A stretch of DNA of 64,000 bases from an uncultured Candidatus Saccharibacteria bacterium (GTDB taxonomy: Bacteria > Patescibacteriota > Saccharimonadia > Saccharimonadales > Saccharimonadaceae), in assembly GCA_963524145.1 (NCBI GenBank), contig CAURDO010000005.1, positions 20,289 to 84,288 on the forward strand, given 5' to 3'. The position numbers and the translations under genes are program-made. This document shows positions 34,144-43,626 of this stretch, in pieces. Position 1 is the first letter of the stretch. Every line of letters starts with the position of its first letter. Below the pieces are notes generated by a model. It saw nothing but the letters and a program-made list of their open reading frames with translations, was not told where the DNA came from and made no database searches.

Positions 34144-34599
34144 ATGAAGAAGGTATATCAGATTACAGAAAAAGGCAAGGGTGATTTAGAGGTAGAATTG
34201 GCGGATCTAAAAAGCCAGCGCGGCGAGATTGCCGAGAAAATTGCAACAGCCCGAGATTTTGGCGACTTGAGAGAGAATGCGGAATATGATGCTGCCCGTA
34301 AAGAGCAGGGCCTGGTCGAGACTAGGATTGCTGAAATTGAAGAAATTTTACAGAACGCCGAGATAATTCAGTCGAGTGATGGCTCGGCGGTGGTTTTGGG
34401 GAGTACGGTAGAGTTGCAATCGTCTGATAAAACGGTTACTTACACAGTGGTCGGGCCGGTGGAAGCTGATCCTTTGGCGGGTAAGATTTCTAATGAATCG
34501 CCAATCGGCAAGGAGCTGATAGGGAAGAAAATTGGCGACGAGGTGAAAATTAAGACGCCAAAGGCGGAAATGATTTATATCGTTAAGTCGATATCGTAA
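34144..34599 (+). CDS. greA: Transcription elongation factor GreA
   Basis: FGDLRENAEYDAARKEQ, then a C-terminal FKBP-like domain. The ATG at 34144 is preceded by aagggg. Confidence 0.93.
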   Translation: MKKVYQITEKGKGDLEVELADLKSQRGEIAEKIATARDFGDLRENAEYDAARKEQGLVETRIAEIEEILQNAEIIQSSDGSAVVLGSTVELQSSDKTVTYTVVGPVEADPLAGKISNESPIGKELIGKKIGDEVKIKTPKAEMIYIVKSIS

Positions 34600-34660
34600 A
34601 GACGACTTTTAGGTTTCATCGGTTCATGGCTCAAGTGAGTGTGGTATAATTATCTCTGTT

Positions 34661-36163
34661 ATGGCGACATTACAAGATTATCGAAACGAACGTTTGCGAA
34701 AATTAGAAACCCTGCGAGAACTAGGCGTTGATCCGTATCCAGCGCGGTCGGAGCGGACGCATGGCTGCGGCGAGGTTTTAGCGCATTATGATGAGCTGGC
34801 AGGCCGGGAAGTGGTCGTGGCGGGACGTATCACTTCAATCCGCAGTTTTGGTAAGCTGGCGTTCATCAAACTGCGCGACGGGAGCGGTGAGGTGCAACTA
34901 TATTTGCAGCGTGATGATGTAGCTGAATTGGATGCTAGCCGCGGCGTATTGGGTATGAAGCAGCTGAAGCTTCTTGATACGGGCGACTTTGTCGAGGCGC
35001 GCGGGGTGATGATGACGACGCAGACTGGTGAAAAGTCGGTTGGCGTGCGTGAGCTAAGGTTGCTAACTAAGTCGCTACGGCCGATGCCAGAGAAATTGGA
35101 AAACAAAGAAGAGCGTTTTCGCCGCCGCTACGTTGACATGAATGTCAATCCAGAGGTGCGTCAGCGGTTTGTTCGCCGCAGCAAGTTTTGGCAGGCGACG
35201 CGCGATTATCTAAACAGCCACGGCTTTACTGAGGTCAATGTGCCGGTATTGGAGCATACGACTGGCGGCGCTGACGCTAACCCGTTTGTGACGCATATGG
35301 ATGCGCTGGATAATCAGCAATTCTACTTGCGTATTTCTCACGAGCTGCCGCTGAAGCGGTTGATCGGTGCTGGGTTTGAGAAGGTGTATGATCTCGGGCC
35401 GCGTTTTCGCAATGAGAATTATTCCGATGAGCATTTGCCAGAACACATTGCCATGGAGTGGTACGCTGCGTATTGGGATTGGCGAGCTGGCATGCGTTTC
35501 ATGGAGGACATGTACAAATATGTTCTGCAGGAAACGTTTAGCACGCTGCAGTTCCAGCTGGGCCGGTTCACGGTGGATATGAGCGACGAATGGGAGGTTT
35601 GGGACTACGCTGAGGTGATCAACAAGCACTATGGCATTGATGTTTATAATACAACGATTAACGAGGTGGCCGCCAAGTTGAAAGCACATGGCTTGGAAGT
35701 GGAGAAGACCGATTCCATTCCGCGCAGCATTGATAAATTATGGAAAAATATTCGTAAAGATGTGGCGGGGCCGGTGTGGTTGGTGAATACACCGAAGTTC
35801 ATCAGTCCGCTGTCCAAGTCCAACCCCGACAATCCGCAGACGGTGGAGCGTTTCCAGCCAATTATTGCCGGGTCAGAGCTGGGCAATGGTTTTTCCGAGC
35901 TGAATGACCCGATTGATCAGCTGAATCGCTTTGTTGAGCAGCAACAGATGCGCGATGCAGGCGATGATGAGGCGATGATGCTGGATATTGACTTCGTGGA
36001 GATGTTGGAGTACGGTATGCCGCCAGCTTGCGGCTGGGGTTATTCTGAGCGGGTATTTTGGATTTTTGAAGGTGTAACTGCCCGCGAGGGTGTGCCATTT
36101 CCACAGCTAAGAAGCGAGATTGACGAGACGACGCGGGCGATTTATCCGCAGGTGAAGTTATAA
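34661..36163 (+). CDS. lysS: Lysyl-tRNA synthetase (class II)
   Basis: OB-fold N-terminus (VVVAGRITSIRSFGKLAFIKLRD), FRNE, GSELGNGFSELNDP, GMPPACGWG. Confidence 0.95.
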   Translation: MATLQDYRNERLRKLETLRELGVDPYPARSERTHGCGEVLAHYDELAGREVVVAGRITSIRSFGKLAFIKLRDGSGEVQLYLQRDDVAELDASRGVLGMKQLKLLDTGDFVEARGVMMTTQTGEKSVGVRELRLLTKSLRPMPEKLENKEERFRRRYVDMNVNPEVRQRFVRRSKFWQATRDYLNSHGFTEVNVPVLEHTTGGADANPFVTHMDALDNQQFYLRISHELPLKRLIGAGFEKVYDLGPRFRNENYSDEHLPEHIAMEWYAAYWDWRAGMRFMEDMYKYVLQETFSTLQFQLGRFTVDMSDEWEVWDYAEVINKHYGIDVYNTTINEVAAKLKAHGLEVEKTDSIPRSIDKLWKNIRKDVAGPVWLVNTPKFISPLSKSNPDNPQTVERFQPIIAGSELGNGFSELNDPIDQLNRFVEQQQMRDAGDDEAMMLDIDFVEMLEYGMPPACGWGYSERVFWIFEGVTAREGVPFPQLRSEIDETTRAIYPQVKL

Positions 36164-36197
36164 TTGTAGCGTGATTTTAGTTTGCTATAATTAGAGT

Positions 36198-37952
36198 ATG
36201 AAGCGATTTATATTGGGAATACTAATCGCTGGATCTTTGTTGGTTGGATCTGGCCAAGTGGCATTTGCGTCGCAGACGGACAATTTTACGATTACTAAAT
36301 TTGACGCAGAGTACTCGTTGGGTCGCGACAGTGAAAACCGTTCAACGTTGGCGGCAATCTGGCGAATTACTGCTAATTTTCCGCCGAACCAAAACCGGGG
36401 GATTGCGCCAGTTTTTGTGAAAAATTATGATGGGCATCCGACGAGTTTTTCTTTTCAATCGGTGACTGACGAGCATGGTACGCCTCTGGAACACTCTTGG
36501 GATGATGACGAGCTGCGGATTGGCAATAAAAATACGTATGTTAATGGTGAAAAAACGTATGTTATCAAGTTTACGCAGCGTGATGTCACTAAACAATATA
36601 GTAATACGGGGCGTGATGAATTCTACTGGGACGTCATTGGTAACGAGTGGCGTGTGCCGATGGAGAATGTGCGGGTCTCAGTGAAGTTTGACGAGTCGCT
36701 GCAGACGGCGCGGACTGGCGAGGCGTTTTGTTACGCTGGTAGGCAAGGTTCAACTAATCGATGCAGCGTGAGTGGTAATAAAGGTGAAATCATCACCAGT
36801 ATGAATCGGTTGGATCGTCAAGAAGGTATGACGGTGGCGGTTGGCTTTAACAGCGGCACCTTTGCCAGCTACCAGGAGACGTTAGCTGAAAAATTGATCA
36901 GGATATGGTTAGTTGTGCAGATACCGGCAACTATCCTGGCGGTTATGTTGATAGCGTTGCTCAGCTGGCGATATCGACGGTTATTCGGCCGGCAAGCTGA
37001 GCTGAAGCCAACTCCACCAGAGTATTTACCGCCAAAGCAGGCAAGTGTACTGACCTCGGCGTATATATTGAGAAAATATAATGCGTTGATGATCAAAGGT
37101 TCGGCGAAGGCGGCTCAGCTGTTAGATTTGGCAGTGCGGCATTATATTAAATTGTACGAAGTGAAGAAAGCTTCATTCTGGCGGTCAGCGCAGTATGAGA
37201 TTGAGATTGTGAAGGATTTGAAGAAATTGAAGCCTGAAGAATCTGAGGTTATTCAGGATATGTTTGGTGAGTCAATGCCGGAACCAGGTCAGCGGTTGAA
37301 TCTGAAAAAATTGCAAAATAATTGGTCGTATGCGTCGCGGACACGTGATGACGATAATAATCTGAAAAATCTGGTTTGCGACGATTATGCTTTATGCGAA
37401 CAGAATACGGCGAATAAGCGGACAGTGCAGAAGTGGGCCTTGGGGGTTTGTGTTGTTGGTGTGTTGCTGCTGTCGCCGATGTTATTGGTGGTAGCAGCGA
37501 TAGTTTTTGTATTTTCGTTTGGCTGGTCATTGACTGATGAGGGTTTGGCTTTGAGGCGGTATTTGGCGGGGTTGAAAATGTATATTGGCGTGGCTGAGGC
37601 TGAGCGCCTACAGATGTTGCAAAGCCCTGAAGGCGCAGAAAAAGTAAAGGTTGATGCTAGTGATGAGAAGCAGTTGGTGAAATTGTATGAGCGGGTATTG
37701 CCGTATGCAGTATTATTTGGACAGGAAAAAGAATGGAGCAAACAATTGGGCAAATATTATGAGCAAGTTGGTGAGCAGCCGGATTGGTATAATGGCCAGG
37801 GTGCATTTAATGCAGCGGCGTTTGCGGCAGGCATGAATAGCCTGTCAAGCACAGTCAGTAGTGCAAGCGATTATTCTTCGACCTCTGGCGGCTCAACTGG
37901 CGGCGGCTTCGCTGGCGGTGGAGGCGGCGGTGGTGGAGGCGGCGGCTGGTAA
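36198..37952 (+). CDS. DUF2207-family membrane protein with a poly-Gly C-terminus
   Basis: Signal peptide, beta-rich ectodomain, TM helices, C-terminal SGGSTGGGFAGGGGGGGGGGGW. TATAAT (36186-36191) lies 6 nt before the ATG. Confidence 0.7.
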   Translation: MKRFILGILIAGSLLVGSGQVAFASQTDNFTITKFDAEYSLGRDSENRSTLAAIWRITANFPPNQNRGIAPVFVKNYDGHPTSFSFQSVTDEHGTPLEHSWDDDELRIGNKNTYVNGEKTYVIKFTQRDVTKQYSNTGRDEFYWDVIGNEWRVPMENVRVSVKFDESLQTARTGEAFCYAGRQGSTNRCSVSGNKGEIITSMNRLDRQEGMTVAVGFNSGTFASYQETLAEKLIRIWLVVQIPATILAVMLIALLSWRYRRLFGRQAELKPTPPEYLPPKQASVLTSAYILRKYNALMIKGSAKAAQLLDLAVRHYIKLYEVKKASFWRSAQYEIEIVKDLKKLKPEESEVIQDMFGESMPEPGQRLNLKKLQNNWSYASRTRDDDNNLKNLVCDDYALCEQNTANKRTVQKWALGVCVVGVLLLSPMLLVVAAIVFVFSFGWSLTDEGLALRRYLAGLKMYIGVAEAERLQMLQSPEGAEKVKVDASDEKQLVKLYERVLPYAVLFGQEKEWSKQLGKYYEQVGEQPDWYNGQGAFNAAAFAAGMNSLSSTVSSASDYSSTSGGSTGGGFAGGGGGGGGGGGW

Positions 37953-37954
37953 TT

Positions 37955-38908
37955 ATGCCTGATATTTTGTTGTTGGCTATGGCGGCAGTTCTGCTGGCTC
38001 TGTCGGGTGCGTTTTCGGGGTTGAATATCGGGCTGATGATGGCGCGGCCGGATGACTTGAAGCGTAAGGCTAGGCAAGGCGACGCTATTGCGGCGCGGGT
38101 ATACCGCTACCGCAAGGATGGCTATTATCTGATATTTTGTATTTTGCTGGGTAATGTTGGGGTGAATACCGCGATGTCGATTTTGCTGGGTAATATGACG
38201 AATGGCGTGATTGGCGGGCTGATTGCTACGCTGCTGATCACTATGTTTGGCGAGATTTTGCCGCAAGCGATTTTTACGCAGCGTGGCTATCAGATTACGC
38301 GCTATTTCTTCTGGCTGCTGGATGTGATTTATGTGCTGTTTTGGCCGCTGGCGAAGCCGATGTCCAAACTGCTCAATCGTTGGGTGGGTAAGGAGACGCC
38401 GCAGCTATACTCTCATCAGGAGTTGGAGCAGATTATTCACGAGCACGCCGAGCGGTCGGATAGTCCGGTTGATTATGATGAAAGCCGGATCGCGGCGGGT
38501 GCACTGCAATTCAGCAAGAAAACGGCGGGCGATTTGGTGACGCCGATGGATGAGGTGTTTGCGGTCGATTTGGATGATGAGCTGGACGCCACGCTATTGG
38601 CGCATATCAAACACGCGGGACACTCGCGAATTCCGGTGCGTAGTGACAGCCATTTGGTGGGGATTTTGTATGTCAAAGATGTAGTGGGGCGCGAGCTGCC
38701 GCTGCCGATCAGCCAGTTGTACCGCGATAAGATTCACGACATTGATGCGCGGTCGCGGCTGGACACGGTGCTCAGTCGATTTATCCAAACCCGCAATCAT
38801 TTGTTTGTGGTGATGGGTGACGAGAATGAGCTAGGGATTATCACGCTGGAGGACGTGATTGAAGAGATTTTGGACCAGGAAATTGAGGATGAATACGACG
38901 AGGAATAG
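37955..38908 (+). CDS. CNNM/DUF21-CBS pair membrane protein (CorC/HlyC-type divalent cation transport-related)
   Basis: DUF21 TM domain (GEILPQAIF), then two CBS motifs. Lacks the CorC_HlyC C-terminal domain. Confidence 0.85.
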   Translation: MPDILLLAMAAVLLALSGAFSGLNIGLMMARPDDLKRKARQGDAIAARVYRYRKDGYYLIFCILLGNVGVNTAMSILLGNMTNGVIGGLIATLLITMFGEILPQAIFTQRGYQITRYFFWLLDVIYVLFWPLAKPMSKLLNRWVGKETPQLYSHQELEQIIHEHAERSDSPVDYDESRIAAGALQFSKKTAGDLVTPMDEVFAVDLDDELDATLLAHIKHAGHSRIPVRSDSHLVGILYVKDVVGRELPLPISQLYRDKIHDIDARSRLDTVLSRFIQTRNHLFVVMGDENELGIITLEDVIEEILDQEIEDEYDEE

Positions 38909-38994
38909 GGTAGGTAATCTCTCGGCTTGCTGTAAAATAAAAATAAAAATCGAAGAATTCTAAGGGGTAGGTTGCTATTCAGGTTGTAAAATAA
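38908..38994 (+). repeat. Degenerate tandem duplication of ~55 bp in the intergenic region
   Basis: GGGTAGGT at 38908-38915 and 38965-38972. TGTAAAATAA at 38931-38940 and 38985-38994. A TTGCT block occurs in both units. Confidence 0.55.
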
Positions 38995-39004
38995 TCAAAA
39001 TAGC

Positions 39005-39048
39005 TTGACATTTAACAGTACCTTGTATAACATAGTACTATGTATAAT
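39005..39048 (+). promoter_or_regulatory. Promoter region of the ABC-PadR-PspC operon with a 14-bp palindromic candidate operator
   Basis: TTGACA at 39005-39010. TATAAC at 39026-39031 and TGTATAAT at 39041-39048. Perfect palindrome ACATAGTACTATGT at 39030-39043 between and overlapping the -10 elements. Confidence 0.6.
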
Positions 39049-39068
39049 GGAAATACAAGGAGCATAGC

Positions 39069-40358
39069 ATGAGAAGAATTGATATCATCAAGCGGGCGGG
39101 GCGGAATCTTCGCCAGTCGAAAGGCCGGACAATTTTGACGGCATTGGCGATTTCCGTCGGGGCGTTTACAATTGGTCTGGCGCTGATGGCTGGCGAGGGT
39201 GGCCGTTTATATACCAACAGCATAGTCGATGCGGCTGGCGATAAAAAAGTTATTATGGTCGGTAAAAAGGTGGAATCGGAAAAGAAAGAGGAATTGCCAG
39301 AATATGGTAGTTCGGCAGAAGAAGCTGACAAGAATAAAGCATCGGCGGCGCGTAGCAAATATTTGCTCAATGACAAGGATTTGGAGAAGATCCGACGAAC
39401 ACCGCACGTAAAAACGGTAACGCCAGCGTATTCAACTGACGGCGTTGCTTATGCTAAAAGCTCAGCCAGTGATAAAAAATTTGCATTGACGGTGGCTGTT
39501 AAGATGGATAGGACTCGGGCAGAATTGGCGGCGGGAACTTTGGAAGATTTTATGCCAAAGCCAGGTGAGATTATCATCCCGAATGATTATGTGAAGCAGT
39601 TGGGTTTCAAAGATGCGCAGTCGGCGATTGGCCAAACAATAACCTTGGGTGCGCGTAGTGTAGCGCAGGGTGGTAATGTCGCCAAAGAAGTGTCGTTCAA
39701 GATTGCGGCAGTCGACAAAAAATCAGACACCATTTTGTTTTATGAGCCAATGTTGAGAATTTCGACGGCTGATGCTAAGGCTATCTATGAATTCAGCCAT
39801 GACAAGAGCCAGCCAAACCAGTATTCAACGGCGATTGCTATGGTAGATGACGAGAAGAACGTTGATGCTGCTAAAGATGCGATTAGCAAGGACTATAACG
39901 CATATTCGATTCAGGATATCCGGAAGGCGTTGCTAACGATGGTCAATGCGGCGCAAGCGGCGCTGGCAGGATTTGGCGGTTTGGCGCTGCTGGCGAGCGT
40001 GTTCGGGATTATCAACACCATGTATATTTCAGTATTGGAGCGAACCAGCCAAATTGGGTTGATGAAGGCGTTGGGAATGAGCGGCCGCGATATTGGCAAA
40101 CTATTTCGTTACGAAGCGGCGTGGGTTGGCTTGTTAGGCGGATTGATTGGCGTGGGTTTGGCGAGCTTGGTGACGCTGCTGAATCCAGTGATTGCCAGCG
40201 CGCTGAAGTTAAGCGCAGGGACGAACTTGCTGGTGATTAATCCGCTGCACATTGGTTTGCTGGTGATTGGTCTGGTGGCGATGGCGGTTATTTCCGGCTG
40301 GCTACCGAGCCGTAAAGCGACAAAATTAGACCCAATTGAGGCATTAAGGACGGAATAG
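39069..40358 (+). CDS. ABC transporter permease, MacB/FtsX-like, with a large extracytoplasmic domain
   Basis: N-terminal RNLRQSKGRTILTALAISVGAFTI, a long ectodomain, a C-terminal 3-TM FtsX domain and PSRKATKLDPIEALR. SD aaggag upstream. Confidence 0.85.
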   Translation: MRRIDIIKRAGRNLRQSKGRTILTALAISVGAFTIGLALMAGEGGRLYTNSIVDAAGDKKVIMVGKKVESEKKEELPEYGSSAEEADKNKASAARSKYLLNDKDLEKIRRTPHVKTVTPAYSTDGVAYAKSSASDKKFALTVAVKMDRTRAELAAGTLEDFMPKPGEIIIPNDYVKQLGFKDAQSAIGQTITLGARSVAQGGNVAKEVSFKIAAVDKKSDTILFYEPMLRISTADAKAIYEFSHDKSQPNQYSTAIAMVDDEKNVDAAKDAISKDYNAYSIQDIRKALLTMVNAAQAALAGFGGLALLASVFGIINTMYISVLERTSQIGLMKALGMSGRDIGKLFRYEAAWVGLLGGLIGVGLASLVTLLNPVIASALKLSAGTNLLVINPLHIGLLVIGLVAMAVISGWLPSRKATKLDPIEALRTE

Positions 40359-40368
40359 GAGAAATATC

Positions 40369-41067
40369 ATGATCGAACTAAAGAATGTGACGAAAATTTA
40401 TGGCAAAAAGAAAAACCAATTTACGGCGCTGAAAAACGTCAGCTTGAATATCCCGACGGGCGCGAGCGTGGCGATCCTCGGCAAATCTGGTTCTGGAAAA
40501 TCGACGCTGATGCACGCGATCTCTGGGCTGGACAGGCCACAGCATGGTCAGGTGATCATCGACGGGCAAGACATCTTGCAGCTAAAGCCGAAGCGTGTCG
40601 ATGAGTTTCGCGCCAAGAAAATCGGCTTTATCTTTCAGAGCTTTTTTGTCCAGGGTAATGAGAGCGTGGTTGACAACGTCAGTTTGCCGCTGGAAATTGC
40701 GCGGCTGCCGCGCAAAAAGCGGGCGCACAAAATCAACGCGGCGCTTAAAGCGGTGGATTTGTACGATAAGCGCAAAAACCGTGCCAAAGATTTGTCGGGC
40801 GGGCAAAAGCAGCGCTTGGCGATTGCTCGGGCGATTGTCGGCGATCCGCAAATCATCTTTGCCGACGAGCCGACCGGCAACCTGGACAGCGAAACTGGCG
40901 CTAAGGTGGAAGGATTGCTATTTGATTATAATAAGCAAAAGGGTGTCACGCTGATTGTAGTGACACACGACGTCGACCTGGCGAAGAAATGCGATTATCA
41001 GATTATAATTAAAGACGGGCGGGTTGAGAAATCGACCGTGCCAGAGGAGAAAAAGCATGGACGTTAG
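40369..41067 (+). CDS. ABC transporter ATP-binding protein (MacB/LolD-like)
   Basis: Walker [10 protein letters not shown], signature [14 protein letters not shown], Walker [13 protein letters not shown]. Confidence 0.93.
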   Translation: MIELKNVTKIYGKKKNQFTALKNVSLNIPTGASVAILGKSGSGKSTLMHAISGLDRPQHGQVIIDGQDILQLKPKRVDEFRAKKIGFIFQSFFVQGNESVVDNVSLPLEIARLPRKKRAHKINAALKAVDLYDKRKNRAKDLSGGQKQRLAIARAIVGDPQIIFADEPTGNLDSETGAKVEGLLFDYNKQKGVTLIVVTHDVDLAKKCDYQIIIKDGRVEKSTVPEEKKHGR

Positions 41068-41404
41068 TGCTTACGCCGAAAGCTTAGCGATTCAGCTGCG
41101 CAAAGGTTTTTTGGTCTACTGTGTGCTGCTGGTTTGTGCCAAACAACCGCAATATACCGGCGACATTGTGAAGCAATTGAGCGAGTCGGAGCTGATGGTG
41201 GTTGAGGGGACAATTTACCCGCTGCTCAGCCGCTTGCAAAAATATGGCTATTTGCAGCACGAATGGCAGGAAAGCGAGCAAGGTCCGCCGCGCAAATATT
41301 ATTCGCTGACTGACAATGGCAAGCAATTGGTGGATGAATTGAAAGATCGGATAAAACTGTTAAATAATTCGCTGAAAAATCTCGAGAAAGGAGCAAAGCG
41401 ATGA
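41057..41404 (+). CDS. PadR-family transcriptional regulator
   Basis: YTGDIVKQLSE...EGTIYPLLSRLQKYGYLQHEW...PRKYYSLTDNG. Start chosen at MDVSAY (41057), overlapping the end of the ATPase gene. Confidence 0.85.
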   Translation: MDVSAYAESLAIQLRKGFLVYCVLLVCAKQPQYTGDIVKQLSESELMVVEGTIYPLLSRLQKYGYLQHEWQESEQGPPRKYYSLTDNGKQLVDELKDRIKLLNNSLKNLEKGAKR

Positions 41405-42714
41405 AAGAAATAACCAGAATCCATTTGGCGAAAACGCCGTTTAGCGCGGAGATTGACGCCAAAAAATCGTTGGAGAAATATCTTAATTTAATTCAGAAAA
41501 ACATGCATGCCGAGCCGGAAGCCATGCAAGAAATTGAAGCACGAATGGTGGAGCTTTTGGCGGAGCGCGGCGTGTCGAAGGACGGCGTGATTAGTTATGA
41601 CGACGTCCTGGCAGTGCAAAAACAAATGGGCGAGCCGCGCGATTTTTCGGATGATGCCAGCGAGGCAATTGATGAGATAGAAGATAAAGATATTGATGAT
41701 AAGCCAGCGAAACAATTGATGCGCGATCCAGATAACGCGATTATCGGCGGCGTCTGTGCGGGCGTGGCGGCGTATTTTAACATCAATCCGCTGTGGGTGC
41801 GGCTGATTGCGATTATCTCGCCATTTATGACATTTGGTACAGCGGTGCTGGTTTATGTGGTAATGTGGTTGTCTATGCCGCCAGCGCGAACAGCGTCGGA
41901 CAAGCTTCGGATGCGCGGCGAGCCGGTGACTCTGGCTTCGCTAAAAAAAGCGGCAGTCGATGAAGCTTCGGCGATGACTGATGGCGGCGGGGTAACGGTT
42001 ATCGCTAAGATTTTTCGCTACTCCAGCGGCGCGTTGATTTTCTTAATGACGCTGGCTTTGCTGATTGGGCTGATTGTCGGCGGTGCATTTGGTATATCAG
42101 CAATTAACTGGCTTGGCGGCTTGGGCGTGCAAATATGGGCCTGGGGCCTATGGATTTCGCTGGTGATTGGCGGTGTTGCGGCGGTGGTACTAGGTATGGT
42201 GCTGGCGCGCAGCGTATTTACCTGGACGATGAACCGTATGTCGATGATTGCGATGATTACAGCGACGATTGTTATTTCTATGAGTATGGCGGGCGCTGGG
42301 GTTTTCGGTATGCAGGCTGGCTCGGAATTTTCCTATGAAGTGCAGCGTTTGATGAGGAAAATGGACGTTAAAATGCCGGATACAAACGGTGTTAAGTCAA
42401 TTGTCATTGAAGGATCGACAGGCAGTGTAGTTCGTACAGACTCTGACAAGCTGCGAGTCGAGGCAAACTATGTGGATTTGCCAAGCGTCAAACAACCGAC
42501 TGTCAAAGCTCGCCGCGACGGCGACCGGCTAATATTGTCCGTCGATGAAGAATGTCCGCGAACGATGTTCTTTGGCGGCTGCCATATGTTTGGCGCGCCA
42601 GTTAGGTTTAAGATCTATGCGCCGGCGGACATTAACATCAGTAGTCCGACATATTACGACGAAGACGAGTTAGAGCATTCTAAAGCTGAGGTTACTAAGA
42701 AAATATTTGAATGA
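41401..42714 (+). CDS. PspC-domain membrane protein with an N-terminal DUF1700/HAAS-like helical domain
   Basis: N-terminus KSLEKYLNLIQKNMH..EIEARMVELLAERG...MGEPRDF. PspC motif IIGGVCAGVAAYFNINPLWVRLIAII. Multiple TM helices and a C-terminal beta-domain. ATGA overlap with padR. Confidence 0.8.
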   Translation: MKEITRIHLAKTPFSAEIDAKKSLEKYLNLIQKNMHAEPEAMQEIEARMVELLAERGVSKDGVISYDDVLAVQKQMGEPRDFSDDASEAIDEIEDKDIDDKPAKQLMRDPDNAIIGGVCAGVAAYFNINPLWVRLIAIISPFMTFGTAVLVYVVMWLSMPPARTASDKLRMRGEPVTLASLKKAAVDEASAMTDGGGVTVIAKIFRYSSGALIFLMTLALLIGLIVGGAFGISAINWLGGLGVQIWAWGLWISLVIGGVAAVVLGMVLARSVFTWTMNRMSMIAMITATIVISMSMAGAGVFGMQAGSEFSYEVQRLMRKMDVKMPDTNGVKSIVIEGSTGSVVRTDSDKLRVEANYVDLPSVKQPTVKARRDGDRLILSVDEECPRTMFFGGCHMFGAPVRFKIYAPADINISSPTYYDEDELEHSKAEVTKKIFE

Positions 42715-42761
42715 TTGTCCTGCTAATGCTACACTTGAAAGATGAAAGGTAATTTTTAAGC

Positions 42762-43601
42762 GTGGCTTGGTGGCAGGCGATTGTCCTTGGTATTGTTGAA
42801 GGAATTACGGAGTTTTTGCCGATTTCTTCGACTGGACATTTGACGATTGTCGAGAAATTGATGGGGATGAAAATTGACGATCCGAGCGTGGTGGCGTTTA
42901 CGGCGGTGATCCAAATTGGGGCAATTCTGGCGGCGGTAATTTATTTCTGGAGCGATATTTGGCGGATTCTGCAAGCCTGGTGGCGCGGGCTGTGGTGGAA
43001 GCGAGCGCGCCGGAAGTTTGATTATAAATACGGCTGGGCGATTATTATCGGTTCAATTCCTATCGCTGTCGTCGGTTTGCTGTTCAAGCACGAAGTTGAG
43101 ACGGTGCTTCGGAGTTTGTGGTTTGTGGCAATCGGGCTGATCGGTTGGAGCGCGGTGATGTGGTTGGCGGATAATCGGGCGGCAAAAAATAAGCGCAATG
43201 AAGTCGAGACGAACTGGAAGGATACTCTGGCGATTGGCATGGGACAATGTTTGTCGCTGATTCCTGGGGTTAGCCGTTCTGGCGCGACAATCTCTGTTGG
43301 TTTGTTCCGCGGATTTGACCGTGTGTCGGTCACTAAGCTAAGCTTTTTCTTAGGAATTCCGGCTTTGATGGCGGCGGGATTATTGGAGGTCGTCACCAAA
43401 TATAAGCACATTTCTGGCGGCGTGGGTTGGACATCAACTATCATTGCCACGGTAGTTTCTTTCGGCGTGGGATATATGGCAGTGTCCTGGCTGCTTAAGT
43501 TTATCCAAAGTAATAATTTTCGTTCGTTCATAATTTATCGATTTGTGCTGGGGTTGGCGATAATAGGGCTGCTGGGTGCAGGTATAATCTCTCACGTTTA
43601 A
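42762..43601 (+). CDS. uppP: Undecaprenyl-diphosphatase (BacA/UppP)
   Basis: GIVEGITEFLPISSTGH, PGVSRSGATI. GTG start. Confidence 0.9.
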   Translation: MAWWQAIVLGIVEGITEFLPISSTGHLTIVEKLMGMKIDDPSVVAFTAVIQIGAILAAVIYFWSDIWRILQAWWRGLWWKRARRKFDYKYGWAIIIGSIPIAVVGLLFKHEVETVLRSLWFVAIGLIGWSAVMWLADNRAAKNKRNEVETNWKDTLAIGMGQCLSLIPGVSRSGATISVGLFRGFDRVSVTKLSFFLGIPALMAAGLLEVVTKYKHISGGVGWTSTIIATVVSFGVGYMAVSWLLKFIQSNNFRSFIIYRFVLGLAIIGLLGAGIISHV

Positions 43602-43626
43602 GCAGAAGTTGTTATATAATTAAGAC

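Noticed and set aside
37900-37950. GGC/GGT-rich repetitive DNA.
   Set aside because: It encodes the poly-Gly tail typical of DUF2207 proteins. It is not a CRISPR or other non-coding repeat.
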